Shown in pieces: positions 1 to 13,599 of a stretch of DNA of 64,000 nt. Made by a program: the position numbers and the translations under genes. The notes beneath the pieces are model-generated. The model was not told where the DNA came from. It searched no databases and saw only the letters and a program-made list of their open reading frames with translations. The stretch comes from Eledone cirrhosa (Eukaryota): NCBI GenBank assembly GCA_964016885.1, contig OZ024742.1, positions 47,244,001 through 47,308,000 of the forward strand. The letters run 5' to 3'. Position 1 is the stretch's first letter. Every line of letters begins with the position of its first letter.

Positions 1-143
1 ATGAAGAGAGTGAGGGGGATTGGGGAGGGGAGAAATTGATAGCAGCGTTCGATAATATTAATTTGTATTTAATTATTCTTTACACAACGCCCCTCAACCT
101 TACGCCCCTTTCTCTTTCTCTTTCACACAAGACGTACTATGAA

Positions 144-183
<40 letters not shown>

Positions 184-936
184 TGTGTATGTGTGTGATT
201 GTCTGTTGTGTGTGTCCAGGGAAGTTACAATGTCCGCACACACACACACACAAACACGCACCTATCTCTCTCTCTATCTCTTTCTATCTCTCTCTCTCTA
301 ACTATATATATATATATATATGTAAATAACTTTAAGTCGTTTGGAAGCCTCGACAATGCAAATGGGTAAATCTCCGGGTAACAAGGTCCGGTGGTGGAGA
401 GAGAGATGTAAGTGGGTGTACGTTGAGATGCGTGGTGTGTATAAGATGTGTGAGATGTGTAGAATGAAGGGAAGAGTATAAAGGATAAAAATAAAAATAA
501 CAACACAAGAGAGAGTTACCTTGGGAGAGATTTAATAGTCCCTATATATTTCGGTTTCACATATATATATAGTTATGTAATAAAAAACATAAGATAATTA
601 TTTCATTTACCAGTGGTTTCTTGAAAGCAACCAAAATTGCTTTCATTCATCAGAATCAAAAAATCCTGGTGTCTTTATTGACAGTGGATTTGAAAATAAA
701 AAATATAACAGATATGAAAGTGACGCTGGAGGAAAAAAGGGGGGGCTGGGAAGAATATTAAATAAGAATATATAACAACACCCACGTACACACACTCACG
801 CACACACGCACACACACTCACATATACTCACATATATACATATATATATACATATATACACGCATATATACACAGACACATATACACACACATATACATA
901 TCCATACATAAACACACAAATACACACATATATATG

Positions 937-1009
<73 letters not shown>

Positions 1010-1278
1010 GTAGGAGGTGAGTTTTATTGTAGCACAATAAAGCAATGCAAATATTGCCCCCCCCCCCCACCACCCTCATGTTTTTCCAATCTCATATATC
1101 CATCTTAGTTTATTTTTCATATGTTGATTTAAAACTTCACTGCTCACAAGTGTTTTTTAAGCTTCATATCATGTCTTCCTATTTTATCTGATGAGAACGC
1201 AGATATCGTCCCATGATGTTATTTGTTTTCGAAATGCGAATAATAAAATACTTGGATCTCTTTTAATCTTTTGATCTT
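1010..1278 (+). mobile_element. Short non-coding TA-flanked element, family A (HHR-bearing)
   Basis: Begins GTAGGAGGTGAGTTTTATTGTAG right after (TA)n and ends GATCTTATATA in (TA)n. The same ends recur at about 29085-29295, 29615-29645 and 31818-32237. Confidence 0.75.
1180..1250 (+). ncRNA. Type I hammerhead ribozyme candidate (family A)
   Basis: Stem I TATTTTAT/ATAAAATA, CTGATGA 1188-1194, long stem II GAACGCAGATATCGTC/GATGTTATTTGTTTTC, GAAA 1231-1234, stem III TGCG(A), AUA triplet. Confidence 0.7.
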
Positions 1279-1287
1279 ATATATATA

Positions 1288-1369
<82 letters not shown>

Positions 1370-1394
1370 TATATATATATATAGACATGCACAC

Positions 1395-1445
<51 letters not shown>

Positions 1446-1945
1446 CATACATACACACACACATACACACATATATATACACATATGCATACGTACTCAC
1501 ATATAAAAGGATACATATGCACATACACAAATAAGAATGAATAATCATAGTAGGCCGCCACATACAATTAAGCAAATAAAAAATAAGGATTAAGACAACA
1601 AAAAATAAAAAATATTATTAAGTTGACAGCGATACAAGACGGCAAAATTTAAAATAAAAATAAAAATAATAAAAGTAATAATAAAAATAATAATGATTTC
1701 TTTATTAACCACAAGGGTTTACATAAAGTAGACATTAAGGACAGTGCAGGACAATACAGGACGGTACAAATGGGCATTTCTGCGTGTAAAAAACAAAAAC
1801 AGAGGATGTAATAAAAAAATAACAATGAAAAATTCCACAATAGGGGGGTGACTTCGGAGGGACATTTGTGGAGAAAGCCCAGTAAAAGGCCACAGTGACC
1901 CTGACCACCAAGGCAAGTGCCCTCTCCCAGTTTTCCACCTTTAAT

Positions 1946-4893
1946 TTACAGATACGTACTCAGAGTAGGCCCATTAACTCGGGCCATTCTTGCTTCTCTC
2001 ACCCATCTTTCAACAAAATGCTGGGAAGAGAGCACTTCCCTCTCTACCCTGATTTTCCTTTTCAAATGAAATTTGAAAAAGTTAATCAGAGCATCACCGA
2101 AGAGGTAAGTGCTCGTCTTCAGCCCTTTCAAATGTGTCCACCATACTATCTCTTTCGCCATGGCCACCAGACAGATAAAAACTGCCTGCCCTTCCCGGCT
2201 AAAGGAAGAGGGCGGGCCAATCCTCACGATGGACTCAGCTGATAGCCGGATCCGTCCTACACGCGACAGCAGGTGTTCGACATAAACCCACAAGTCAGCA
2301 ATTTTCGGACACTGGACGAGTGCGTGCAGGACGGTTTCGTCGCCCTGCGCGCATCTCGGACATGCCCGGGTGACGGCACCTCCATGCATGTATAGTTTAT
2401 CCCGAACTGGCAAGGCTCCTTGGTAGCACTGCCAGGCCAGAGATTTCTGGAAGTTGTCCATAGGCCCCTGCCCGAAAGTTCTTCCGAAGAGATTGGCTAG
2501 TTGATTTTCGTCGACGCCTAGAATTTCCCCAAGTACGTCGTCGCTCTTCCTCTCCACTAATCCTCTATAGAACGCCGAGGTGGAGTTTCCACCGATCACA
2601 TTGCCCGATTGGTCGAGGGCTGTGAGCGCCTGAAGACATTCCAGTCTCCAGGCGCTCCCTCTCGGTCTTCGCTTGATCCAGGATTGCAGCTCCGTCAAAG
2701 AAACGAGTTGGGGAAATACGTTTCTAGCAAAGGGCGACCACACCTGATCACCGTCGAGGAAGAGGTGGAGATGTCGTAGCCTGAGCGCGTGTTTCCGCAT
2801 CATCAGCCACGGCACGCACAGCCCTCCACGTAGCGGGTGTTGACAGCAGATGGACCGCCTGACCATCGGAGCGCGTCCCTTCCACAAAAAGCGAAAGAGA
2901 AAACGCTCCAGCGCAATCAGGCGGGGCTTAGGACAAGGTACGACGGTCAGGCGGTAGCAGATGACAGACGCGATGTACGCGTTAGCCACCGCCGCTCGCC
3001 CTTTCAGGGATAGCTTCCTCTACGCCCAAAGCCAGCCGCCCTCAGGACTCCCGCTAGGTAACGATGTCGACCCTATCGAAAGTTTTCGACAGATCTAAAT
3101 TGATCAAGGACCCACCCGTGCCAGGTTCCCTAGCTACCCTCTCTACGATATATCGCATGAGGTGGAGGTTGTCGTGGATGGATCTGTCGGGAATGGCGCA
3201 TGTCTGCGCCTCTCCCACCAGACCACCAACGACAAGCGCCAACCTCTTTGCTAGCACCTTGGCCAAAATCTTGAACTCTGTGTTTAGCAGAGTTATGGGC
3301 CTGAAATTATCTAAGTTATCCCCCTTGTTCGGATCCTTTCTCAGCAGTAGCCACCGCTCCTCGGCTCACAGAGCTGGGAATTCTCCCGTTCTGTTGCTAG
3401 TTGCAGTAGACGTCCGCAAAGAGGTCTACAAACAAGTCTGGCATCTGTACGTAAAGTTCATAGGGCAGACCATCCAAACCAGGCGATTTACCCATTGTGC
3501 AGCCAGTCATTGGCTCCCTTACTTCAGCGGCTGTTATCGTCTTTTCGCAACACTCCGCGGCAGTCCGTCGAGGTAGACACTAAAGTCCATCCCTCGACCT
3601 GGCCTACCGCTGCCCCCGAACAACTGAGCGAAGTGTCGCTGAAAAGCTTCACACATTTGTCCGGGATAGAGTAGCATGCACCCGTCGTGGTCCACCAAAG
3701 ACCGGATCATGGCTTTGTTGCCACGACGCGCCTCCGCCACTCGGGCTCATCCCCTCGTGTCTGAGAGCATGCATCCTAGCTCTGACAACGCAGCATTCGT
3801 GCTTTGCATTGAAGAATTGGTCAAGGTCCAATTTCGCCGCAAGCACGTTGGTCGCCATGCCTTTGCTAAGCGCCTCGTCTAATTTTCTAACTAATTCTCC
3901 CTTTCCTCTATTTTTCTCTATTGCTAAAGCCTTACTAAACCTAATGGATTCTATTCTAATCGCTCTTTTCAGAGCAAACCACCACTTGTTGTTGACGATG
4001 GCCCGCGTCAACGCCCGCTTAACTAGTTCACTAATCCGGTCTCTGTAGGCCTTGCGCGCGGGTAAGGAAGAGTTTAGCTTCCAGTAGCCGGGTCCTCGTC
4101 TATGAAGCCTATCTAAGTCAAGCACACAGATCACGAATTTGTGGCCCGTGTAGCTGACTATCTTGAATTGTGGACAGCCTATGCTAGACCTATCTATTTC
4201 CCTACAAAATACTCTATCTAGATATGATCTGGATGACCCTATGCGATTTGTCCAAGTCCACATTGGCACATTTGGGAAATCCAATCGGTACCTGTCAGAC
4301 AGTTCAAAACGCCTGAGCAGGTTGGTGAGGCTCTTGCACCCTCCACTCCAATCCGCTAATCCCACACAGTCCCAGCGTGCATCTAAGATCCCGTTCCAGT
4401 CGCCCACTAACACTAAAGAGCGGGACGTTCCAAGAAAGTTCTCCAGACGCCGGAAGAAATCTGACCGTCCTGCTCCTGTCGGGGCATAGACTGCCACTAG
4501 CCTGAAAGCTTGCCCGTCTCCGCTGGTCACGTCCAGCACCCTCAACTTACCCTCTGGGTACAGGAAGATTGCCCGTATGGCGAGATCCAAACCTCTCCGA
4601 AAAAGCACAGCAACTCCTCCCCCCGATCCCGGACGGCTGGGAGATGCGTACACATCGTAGCCGCCGAAGATCGGTGCGAAGGCCCGTGCTTCGGAGATTC
4701 TGGTCTCGCTGATGGCCACTACATATATGTTTAGTGACCTGAGGTCGTTGAGCACGTGACCCTGCTTCCATGACGACCCCAAGCCACGCGATTTATGCTG
4801 CCTATTCTCAGTGAGATCATGTTTAAAATAGAGTGGAAAAGATGGGAAAGACCACTTACCGTACTTTTCGTAGGGGAGGGATGGTTTTTCCAT
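1946..4893 (-). pseudogene. LINE ORF2 (APE endonuclease - RT - zf-RVT), frameshifted
   Basis: APE motifs ISET, VYAP, GDWN, YLDRVF and GPGYWKLN (3649-4893). RT N-half AKVLAKRL, QTCAIPDRSIHDN, LDLSKTFDRVD (3054-3266). C-terminal CPRCAQGDETVLHALVQC (1946-2989). Confidence 0.85.
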
Positions 4894-5581
4894 CCCTTTT
4901 CACTTGATCGTCTGGTGAAGGGACCGTTGAATCGTCCCTTCGGCTGGTCGTCGGCTCTTCTATGAGTATGTCTGAATATACTCTTCGGTTGAGGGTCCCT
5001 CCTAGGTCTCTGAAATCACCAACTACGTTGGGGAATTTCGTTTTAATGTTTGTGTATTGTTTCTGTGCTATTTTTAGCAGTCTTATGTTAGTTGGCGTTT
5101 TGATTGGTGCTGGTATTATGTAGTCGTGTTGTGAAATGTCTGTGTGTTCAATTATGTAAGTCATTAGTTTCTTGTTGTGTGTATTTATTGCCGTGCATTT
5201 GTTTTTCTGGGGGTGGGATGTGGTTCTGCTATTTTCTTGTCGTTGTTGCTGGGTGTGTGTGTATTGTTGTTGTGTTTGCGATGTTGGTGCTTGTGGTGTT
5301 GGTGTTGAAGGTGTTGTTGGCGGTGGGGTTGTCGCCGGTGGTGATGGTGGTGCTAGTGTGGGTGGTGATGGTGTTGGTGGTGTTGCTGCTTTGAGTCTCT
5401 TTGCCGTAGCCTTTACCCTTTTTTCATTTCTTTCCTCCCTTTAAAAAGGCGACGATGCGCTGCTTCTGCGTTTGTGCCTTCTTACGACCTTTTGCCATCC
5501 CTCTCCCACCTCACACTCCATGTCTGATTCTGTGAGGTCGAGCAGGGGTACCAGCTCCACTCTTTCACTTGTTGTTGTTGG

Positions 5582-6820
5582 TCATGTTTGCACTGGAGTC
5601 TCTGTTGCAGCTGCATTTGGTATTACTGTTGTTGTTGTTAATACTTCCACTGCTGCTGCTGTTTTTGATTTCCGTGGCGTGGGTATGGGTGCCACAGACC
5701 TATCGTTCCTGTTTGCCGCTTGTCCTGTTGCTGATAGCCGTGGAGCCGTTTTCGGAAGGAGGGGGGTTTTCTCCTTTCTCAGGGTCTTCTCGTTGCAGAA
5801 GGCCCTGAGGTGAGTTTTCGATCCACAGCGAAAGCATTTCGGGCGTTTGCCCTCAACACTTATGGGCTGTTGAGTGCTGTTATCGAAGTCTATCACACCC
5901 GGGATAGCTTTGATGCACTCCTGGTTGGTTTGGATTAACATCTCAATGGAGATGCCGACCCAATCTTCTCTTACTTTTTTCTGTACTTGCAGTACAGTTG
6001 TTTTGTCCTCGATTCCGACGAGGACAGACGCAGCCAGCCAAGAAGGGGCCATCCCGGGGGGGGGGGGGGCGTGGGTCAGTTTGACCCTCACAATTTTTTG
6101 CCCGCAGTAGGAGGGCACCAACACCATTTCCTCGCTCATTAGGGTCACTAAGGATTGAGCCTTTGCCTCCTGGGGTGTGGCAAAAAGCACGTCTACGGTG
6201 GCATATTTCTTGCCTCGGGTGATGTGAGTTTTCCGCTGCCACACAGACCCTAAGGCTTTTTATATTTGAACCTCTGTGGCTCTTTCAACCCTACGGGATT
6301 TTGTGCTTACTGTACGGTACGTGACCGTACAGTGCTGTTGGGTTTCGAAACATTTTTCGGCTGCCTTGCAGATTGGTCGGTGTCCGGTTTTCGTCACCAT
6401 CTTCTTCGCTTCCTCTAATACCTCATTTGTTATGACGATGGTTTCCAGGTTCTTTGTGATACCTGCAAACGAGATTGGTTTTTCTTTGCTGCTGTTGTTG
6501 TTGTTGTCGTCAGAGTTGCTGTTACTTTTGTTGTTGCTGCTGTTACTACGACCACTGCCGCCGCCGCTGTTGCTGTGGTTGTTGTTGTTGCTGCTGCTGC
6601 TGCTGTTGTTGTTGTTGCTGCTAATGCTGTTGTTGTTTATGCTGCGGCTGATGCTGTTGCGGCTGCTACTGTTGTTTTCTTTGTCACTGTTGCTGCTGTT
6701 ATTACGGTGGCTACTGCTATTATTCCTGACGTCAGACGAATGAAATGGGTTATCGTATTTCCCGCACACCTTTTTCGTCGTTGTCGTCGTCGTCGTTGAG
6801 AAATCTTGCTCGCTTTGCAC
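5582..6820 (-). pseudogene. LINE ORF1 (gag-like, zinc knuckle), interrupted
   Basis: CFRCGSKTHLRAFC CCHC knuckle in 5582-6244. The upstream segment 6260-6820 has an Asn/Ser trinucleotide tract. Lies directly upstream of ORF2. Confidence 0.7.
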
Positions 6821-7311
6821 GTGATTTTTCTTTTCTGGCGTCGCTTGCGAAAGAGGAGGGAGAGAGACACGTTTAGAGAAGGGAGGGAGAGAGACAATCT
6901 TCTCTCTGCTGTAGTGACGATTGAGGAAGAAGAAGACGGAATGAGTGGGAGTGACCTATGAAAATTCTTTTTCGTAGCCTTGTTGTTTTTTTGTTTAAAA
7001 TACATATTGGGCACAAAACACCAATAAGCGGTTATTTAACCCCGAAGGGCCATATAACGGGCAGAAAGACCCCTCTCGGGAGGAGGAGGGTATCTTTGGC
7101 TACAAGTTGGTTAAAGTTTTAAACAATTTGCAATTGTTATAGCGGTCAAAATTTACAATACGTCACAGAGCCGAGCCTCCGTCAACCATACCATTCAATA
7201 ATAATAATAATAATAATAATAATACATGACCAAACGCGCGTGGTAAGAAAATGCACAAAAAAAACTAAATATATGTGTATATATATATAAAAAAAAAATA
7301 TATATATACAC

Positions 7312-7409
<98 letters not shown>

Positions 7410-7632
7410 ACATACACACACACCCATATATATACATATAAATATACAAGCACACCCCATACATATAAACACAGCACACACACAAAATAGTATATACATA
7501 CAAATACATATACACGCACACATAAATGCATACAACCACATACACTGTGTAAAACATTTCTTATAGATAAAAACACAAATATAAAAACTATAAAGTTACA
7601 TACACACATACATATATACACATATATATATA

Positions 7633-8345
7633 CACAGGGAAGATTAATCATATTATAAGATATCTATTTTTGAAGTGCTAGTTAACTTTATTTAGTTACC
7701 TCCCTAGCTATGTGTGCTTACACACTTGTAAAAATTATCGCCTGTGATTGTTTCATATGTTTATTTATATCTTAATCAATTTCTAGTTGTTATAAAATGC
7801 TCGGACCTATTCATTAGAATCTTGGAGCTTATTTTACGGGTGATATGGCGCATGCCTTTCTGGCATGACACGCATAATTTTGATTTAGATTAAATTCACT
7901 TTAATTTATCCGAATTTTGGATATAGATATATAAATACGGCTCCTTAATTGTAGAGCTAACTCTGTTGAAAGGACTTGACTGCAGTTTCTAGTTGTCGAT
8001 AACCCTATTCACGCCACTGGGACGAAGCTGGTGTGATGTGTGTATTTTTAGTAGATACTCGCTGATTTGAACTTAATGCGTAAAGACAGATGGCTGAACT
8101 TCTTCCTTGTTGAAAATCCAAGTATCGGCCTCCGTGGTTTACCATTCGATTAATTGGTGAAATATATTTCTTTAATGGAATATATACAGGGAAGATTAAT
8201 CATATTATAATGTATCTAATTTTGAAGTTCTAGTTAACTTTATTTAGTTACCTACCTAGCTATGTATGCTGACACACTTGTAAAAATTATCACCTGTGAT
8301 TGTTTCATATGTTTATTTATATGTTAATCAATTTCTAGTTGTTAC
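7633..8345. repeat. Partial tandem unit (about 160-bp direct repeats, period about 550 bp) between TA/CA tracts
   Basis: ACAGGGAAGATTAATCATATTATAA...TTCTAGTTGTTA at 7633-7792 and again at 8185-8344. Confidence 0.8.
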
Positions 8346-8789
8346 ACATATATATACATATATATACATACATATATATATACATATGCATATACACATA
8401 TACATACATACATATACAAAATAAAAATAAAGGGAAAGAAGAGCGAAACTTAAATAATTGTTGCTTAACACTTTATTCATGTTAGTGTGTTACATTGTCT
8501 TTCCTTAGATAATGCCTCCAAGGAAGACATCCGCCACTGGTCGAAAAACGGCGAAAGCTGAGACAGGGAAAAGAAGGAAAGCAAATGAATCGTCAATGGA
8601 GGCCGCAAGATGCTGAATGTAAATCTACTGCAAGAGCGTTAGAAAACTACGAGCAGCGTTGTATTTAAGACATAGGTTACTTATTTACTCCGGAGAGTCA
8701 TGGGCACTTTCATTTTTCCAGATATTGATTATAGAGAGCCTCGGCGGCAGATAACCCCCTTTAACCGCTTCATTGGAGCCTACTGAAGC

Positions 8790-9063
8790 ACTGCTGTGCA
8801 ATGCAACTAAACGTCATAATTTCCGGAGTTCGCAAGCGATTTCCACTAAACTTAACACATGGAATACGTATGTTCTACAGATGAATTTGAACACTCAGAA
8901 TTGGCACATATTAAGTAGGGGACCCCTGGGGACAGGAATACCCTTTTTGAAATAGCCGATGATTTTTTACATGCATAGTTTTCGAAGCAGCACTTAAGTA
9001 TTGACATGAATGCTATACATGACTGCTATTTAATACCCGAGCAATGCCGGGTACCTCTGCTAG
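8790..9063 (+). mobile_element. Non-autonomous Helitron, 3' part
   Basis: Subterminal hairpin ACCCGAGCAATGCCGGGT followed by CTAG|T at 9060-9064, similar to the Helitron end at 49297. No 5' TC end seen. Confidence 0.55.
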
Positions 9064-9099
9064 TATATATATATGGTCAACAGTACAGAAAAGGGAGAT

Positions 9100-9388
9100 A
9101 CATGGTCAAGAGTACAAACAAGGGGGATTTATTTACAGTCTAACAATTATTTCTCTAATAAAGTTGTCTAAAAATTGCTGAACACTAGAAGCACTGCCAC
9201 TCAATTTCAAATTCGATGCTAGCTCGATCAGATCTTCAGAAAGTGTTTCTGAAGATCTGATCGAGCTAGAATCGTATTTGAAATTGAGTGGCAGTGCTTC
9301 TAGTGTTCAGAAATGTTTAGACAACTTTATCAGAGAAACAATTGTTAGACTGTAAAGAAATCCCCCTTTTTTGTACCGTTGACCATGT
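9100..9388. repeat. Fold-back inverted repeat (about 143-bp arms)
   Basis: Arms 9100-9242 and 9246-9388, centre TCTTCAGAAA-GTG-TTTCTGAAGA. CTGAAGA...TGAAA is present but the HHR stems are weak. Confidence 0.85.
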
Positions 9389-9664
9389 TATTCTCCACTT
9401 TTTCAATTTTATATATATATATATACCATATACCATTGAGTTTAATATGTATTTTTATTATACATAATTTTATCATATATTCTGTCATGTACACCACTGT
9501 TTAGAATTAGGCTATGTTTGTGCAACTCTTAATACACACACACACACACACGCGTGCGCGCACACACACACACGCACACACGCACACACTCACACACACA
9601 CACACACACACACACTTATATGTGTATATATTTTGATTTTGAATTTGTTTTGCATGATTTCTTG

Positions 9665-10112
9665 ACTGAAAACGTATGTTGAAACAGATACTGTTATACT
9701 TTGGGAGGGTCATGCTGCCAATAAAAACACACATATTGGTTTTCACATCAATTTATTATAAATTTTTGCTTGATTGGTGGGTTGGATAACCGGATGGTTG
9801 TTTATATACTGCCAAAGCTCTTTCGTCACACATTATGTGACCTCAGTGATTTGGTTTTTATTTCGTGTCTCTGCTTTATTCTGTCTTATCATAAAAACAA
9901 GGTGGTGTAGGACAGGACATGGGAGAGAAACAAAATAAAATCCCAGTCACTGAGGAGGTCACATACTGTGTGAGGAAAGAGCTTTGACAATATATAAACA
10001 ACCATCCGGTTATTCGAAACCACCAATGCACCGAAAAGTTATAATAATTTGAAGTGAAACCAACAGGTGCGTGTGTTTTTATGGGCAGCATCAATCCTCC
10101 CAAAGAATAACA
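9665..10112. repeat. Diverged fold-back element, family G
   Basis: GTTATACTTTGGGAGGGTCATGCTGCC... mirrored by ...GGCAGCATCAATCCTCCCAAAGAATAAC. Same family as 54847-55392. Confidence 0.7.
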
Positions 10113-10114
10113 AT

Positions 10115-10198
<84 letters not shown>

Positions 10199-10766
10199 TA
10201 CATACATATATCCATGACAGGATGAATGTATATGCGTACATGTATTTCGTTCGCCAATATATTGTTTGCGTTAAATGAAACACTGTCTCAATTTTATTAA
10301 GATCATTATGTAATTGTTACTTACTAATGGATATGTTAATACAATATCGACATAATCGAAACTTCATCATAGTAAATGTTGGGAAACACTTCTAAATTAT
10401 TTTATTGCCAAATATATGATTCTTAATTATAGATATATATTTCAAATTTAGAATAGAAAATCTTTTTTTTTTTCATGTATGTTGTAAAGAGAATCACTTT
10501 GCATGTCAAATTGAGCATAGTATTGATGTTTATTGAATTTTTCTCTGTATGATATATTTACAGTGGCCTTTGGAGTATTATAAAACATGGCTCATGTCAG
10601 TTTTACAGCTGCATGTGTATTTACAAGATTAGCAAGATATAAATTGTTTTTATTGCCACTATGTTGCTAGTAACCATTCTCTCTAGCACACAATCTCTCT
10701 TTGTCTGACTTTCTTTATCTCCCTTACACTTCCTCTCTCTCCCCTATCTCGCCCCCTCTCTCGCTA

Positions 10767-10838
<72 letters not shown>

Positions 10839-11366
10839 TGTATATATGTATGTATATGTATTTATATGTATGTATTTTTTGTATAAATACACACATATAT
10901 ACGCATACGTAGACACACGCACACATACAGACATATATATATATAAATATATACTTATCGATCTGGTACATATATGCGATCACATAAGTTTACATATATG
11001 CTTATGCATGTGTGTATTTATATTAGCGGATGCCTGTGTATATTTATATGTATGCGAGTGTATTGGCAGATGATTTAATTTATTATAGTGCGCATTAGAA
11101 AGAGATTTAATATTTAGTGTCAATATTTATGGCAGTGCATGTCAAAAGTTTTGAATAATATTTATCGAAAGCAAACCAAAATTTAACTCAACCATTGAAA
11201 AAACTGTAATCGATAAAATGTTAGTTGTTATTATTTGACTGCTGTGAATAACATGCTTATAGATGATACTCTGTTCCACTTGCTTTCGGTATTGTCCTTT
11301 GCATATTGATAATTTTGTTAACCTATGTATTTTTATATATTTCACAGCTCTATACATGCGTAGCAT

Positions 11367-11476
11367 GTATGTATGTATGTTTGAATGTATGTATGTATGT
11401 ATGTATGTATGTATGTATGTATGTATGTATGTATGTATGTATGTATGTATGTATGTATGTATGTTTGTATGTATGT
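11367..11476. repeat. (TATG)n microsatellite
   Basis: Direct reading. Confidence 0.95.
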
Positions 11477-11559
11477 TCTAAATTGCAAGTATACACCGAT
11501 TTCGAAGGCATATGTCAGCAACAAGTTTTAATACTAAGTCCAAAACATTTAGTACTCTT

Positions 11560-12715
11560 GTCAGAGTATTCCTGTATGCTGAGGATGCAGATTTTGTGGA
11601 ACGTAATGTATGTCATGCAGTTGATAGGGAACATTGTCTCCAATGCATGCACTGCATTTGGGCTAAATGTTAGCATAAAAAAGACAAAGGCCATGTACAA
11701 TGCAGCAGATGGTGAAGTAAATGTGCCGCAAGACATTTTGCTGAAAGGAAAATACTTGAAGTGGTGGAGAGCTTTGTGAATCTCGGAAGTACAGTTAATA
11801 GAGATAGTACCCTCGATAATGAAATAAATCACAGGATTGCGAAAGCGTGTCCTGCTACGGCAAGCTTGGAAATAGATTCTGGTCAGATCGAAGGAATACG
11901 AAAAAGAAAAAGCTGTCTGCATATGAGGCTTATGTTCTTATAGCCCTGCTATACGGATGCGAAATGTGGACAATTTCATCAGCATTGTATCTGACGTATC
12001 CTGAACATTATTTGGTCCTCTTACATACATGATGCTACTGTAACTGAGAAAGTGGGTAGAACCAATATTGAGAAGAGGATTATTATGAACAAGGTGCATT
12101 GAGCTAATCATGTGGTCGTGATGGGGAGTTGACATGAGAAAAAAAGCCACAGCCTAAACCAAAGAAATGGGTTAGGGATATCATAAAAGACAATCTTAAA
12201 GCTCTGAAGTTCCATATGGCGAAGTGGGAGACATTGGCTGAAAGCCGTACATTTTGAAGAATGACCATCAATTATGGATGTGATGTCTTTCATAAAGAGT
12301 CTGTGGAGCATGTTGTCTGGAAGCGCTCACTTCGTAAGACAGATCAAAATGCAGTGCATCCAGCAGGAATTCAGGTGCTATATATGAAAACGATTTCCTC
12401 TAGGATGAGATAGTTTTTGCAACTACTTGAAGTCACAGGAACCAGGAAGAAATCGAGTCACTTGTGAAACGGTTCTCCGCGGTACATTTGCAATGAGTGT
12501 GGGTTAATTTTCAAATCAGTTGGTGGAGTTACCAGATATGGTAGAATGCATGAAAAGACACTCCGGACGGAAATACCAGGAGACAGACAATTCAAGTTTT
12601 ACATCTGTGTACGTGCTTGCAAAACAAAAACTGGTCTGAAAAGTAACCTATCTGCACATGAGCGTGCAATACTCAATGAAGGGATTTCACTCTTCTGACA
12701 AGAAGTACTAATCAA
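11560..12715 (+). mobile_element. RTE-clade LINE 3' fragment, degenerate
   Basis: Frameshifted motifs YAEDA, AFGLNVSIKKTK, FVNLGS, DNEINHRIAKA and LLYGCEMWT, then C2H2-like relics (CNECG, CVRAC). Flanked by (TATG)n on both sides. Confidence 0.7.
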
Positions 12716-12769
12716 AATGTATGTATGTATCTATGTGTTATGTATGTATGTATGTATGTATGTATGTAT

Positions 12770-13530
12770 GTTCTTCTGGTTTTATAATTTCACAAAGTTT
12801 TTACCAATAGAGAGAGGGTCGGTTTCTAACATAGATACAAGACTCTCTCATTGGAATTTACACAACAGCAACTAGGTAGCTATGTATGTATGTCTGCATG
12901 CATGCATGTGTAGATATGGATGTTATTGTATGTGTGGATGTTTATGTTTTGAGTTGTATGTGTGCATGTGTATATGCTTTGTATCTGTACCTGTGTATAT
13001 GCAGTTATTAGATGCAACATTTTTGGAATGTTTTACATATTTTTACTGTTCCATTAATGGATTGTACTTGTAATTTCCTAACTATTTGTGTTCTTTCTGT
13101 TCCTGTGAAGCCTAGCTATGTATGTATCTATGTGTGTATGTATGTATGCATGTTTGTATGTATGTGTGTATTTTCATCAGGGTTTATTTTATACATTTTC
13201 ACCATTAGAGAGATTTGGTTACGAACAGACTCTTTCCTTGGAATTTAGATACCAGATAAATGAATAAAATTGTATATCTCTGTGTTTGTGTGAATGTATG
13301 TGTGTGAATGTGTGTGTGCATGGTGTGTGTGTGTGTGTGTGTGTGCATGTGTGTGTGAGCAGGTATGGGTGTTATTATATGTGTGGATCTGTGTGTTTTG
13401 AGTTATATGCGTACATATGCATATGTTTCTGTATCGATACATGTGTATATGAAGTTGAATTCGGTACATGCTGAATTTTAAAAATGTTTTACATATGTTT
13501 ACAGTTCACTTAATTGACTATATCTAATCT
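12770..13530. repeat. Two diverged direct copies of a roughly 350-bp unit separated by (TATG)n
   Basis: ...ACCAATAGAGAGA...AGACTCTCTCATTGGAATTTA...GTTATTGTATGTGTGGAT...TTTTAC(T/A)GTTC at about 12770-13090 and 13170-13525. Confidence 0.55.
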
Positions 13531-13599
13531 TGTATGTATGTAAGTATGTATGTATACATGTTATCTCTTTCTCTTAATTTCGAGTATATTTTTTTGACC

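Larger units (their letters stand above)
1690..7030 (-). mobile_element. Tx1/L1-clade LINE, decayed, internally deleted
   Basis: ORF1 with CCHC knuckle, ORF2 with APE, partial RT and zf-RVT-like C-terminus. AATAAA and an A/T-rich tail near 1690-1705. The 5' boundary is approximate. Confidence 0.85.
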
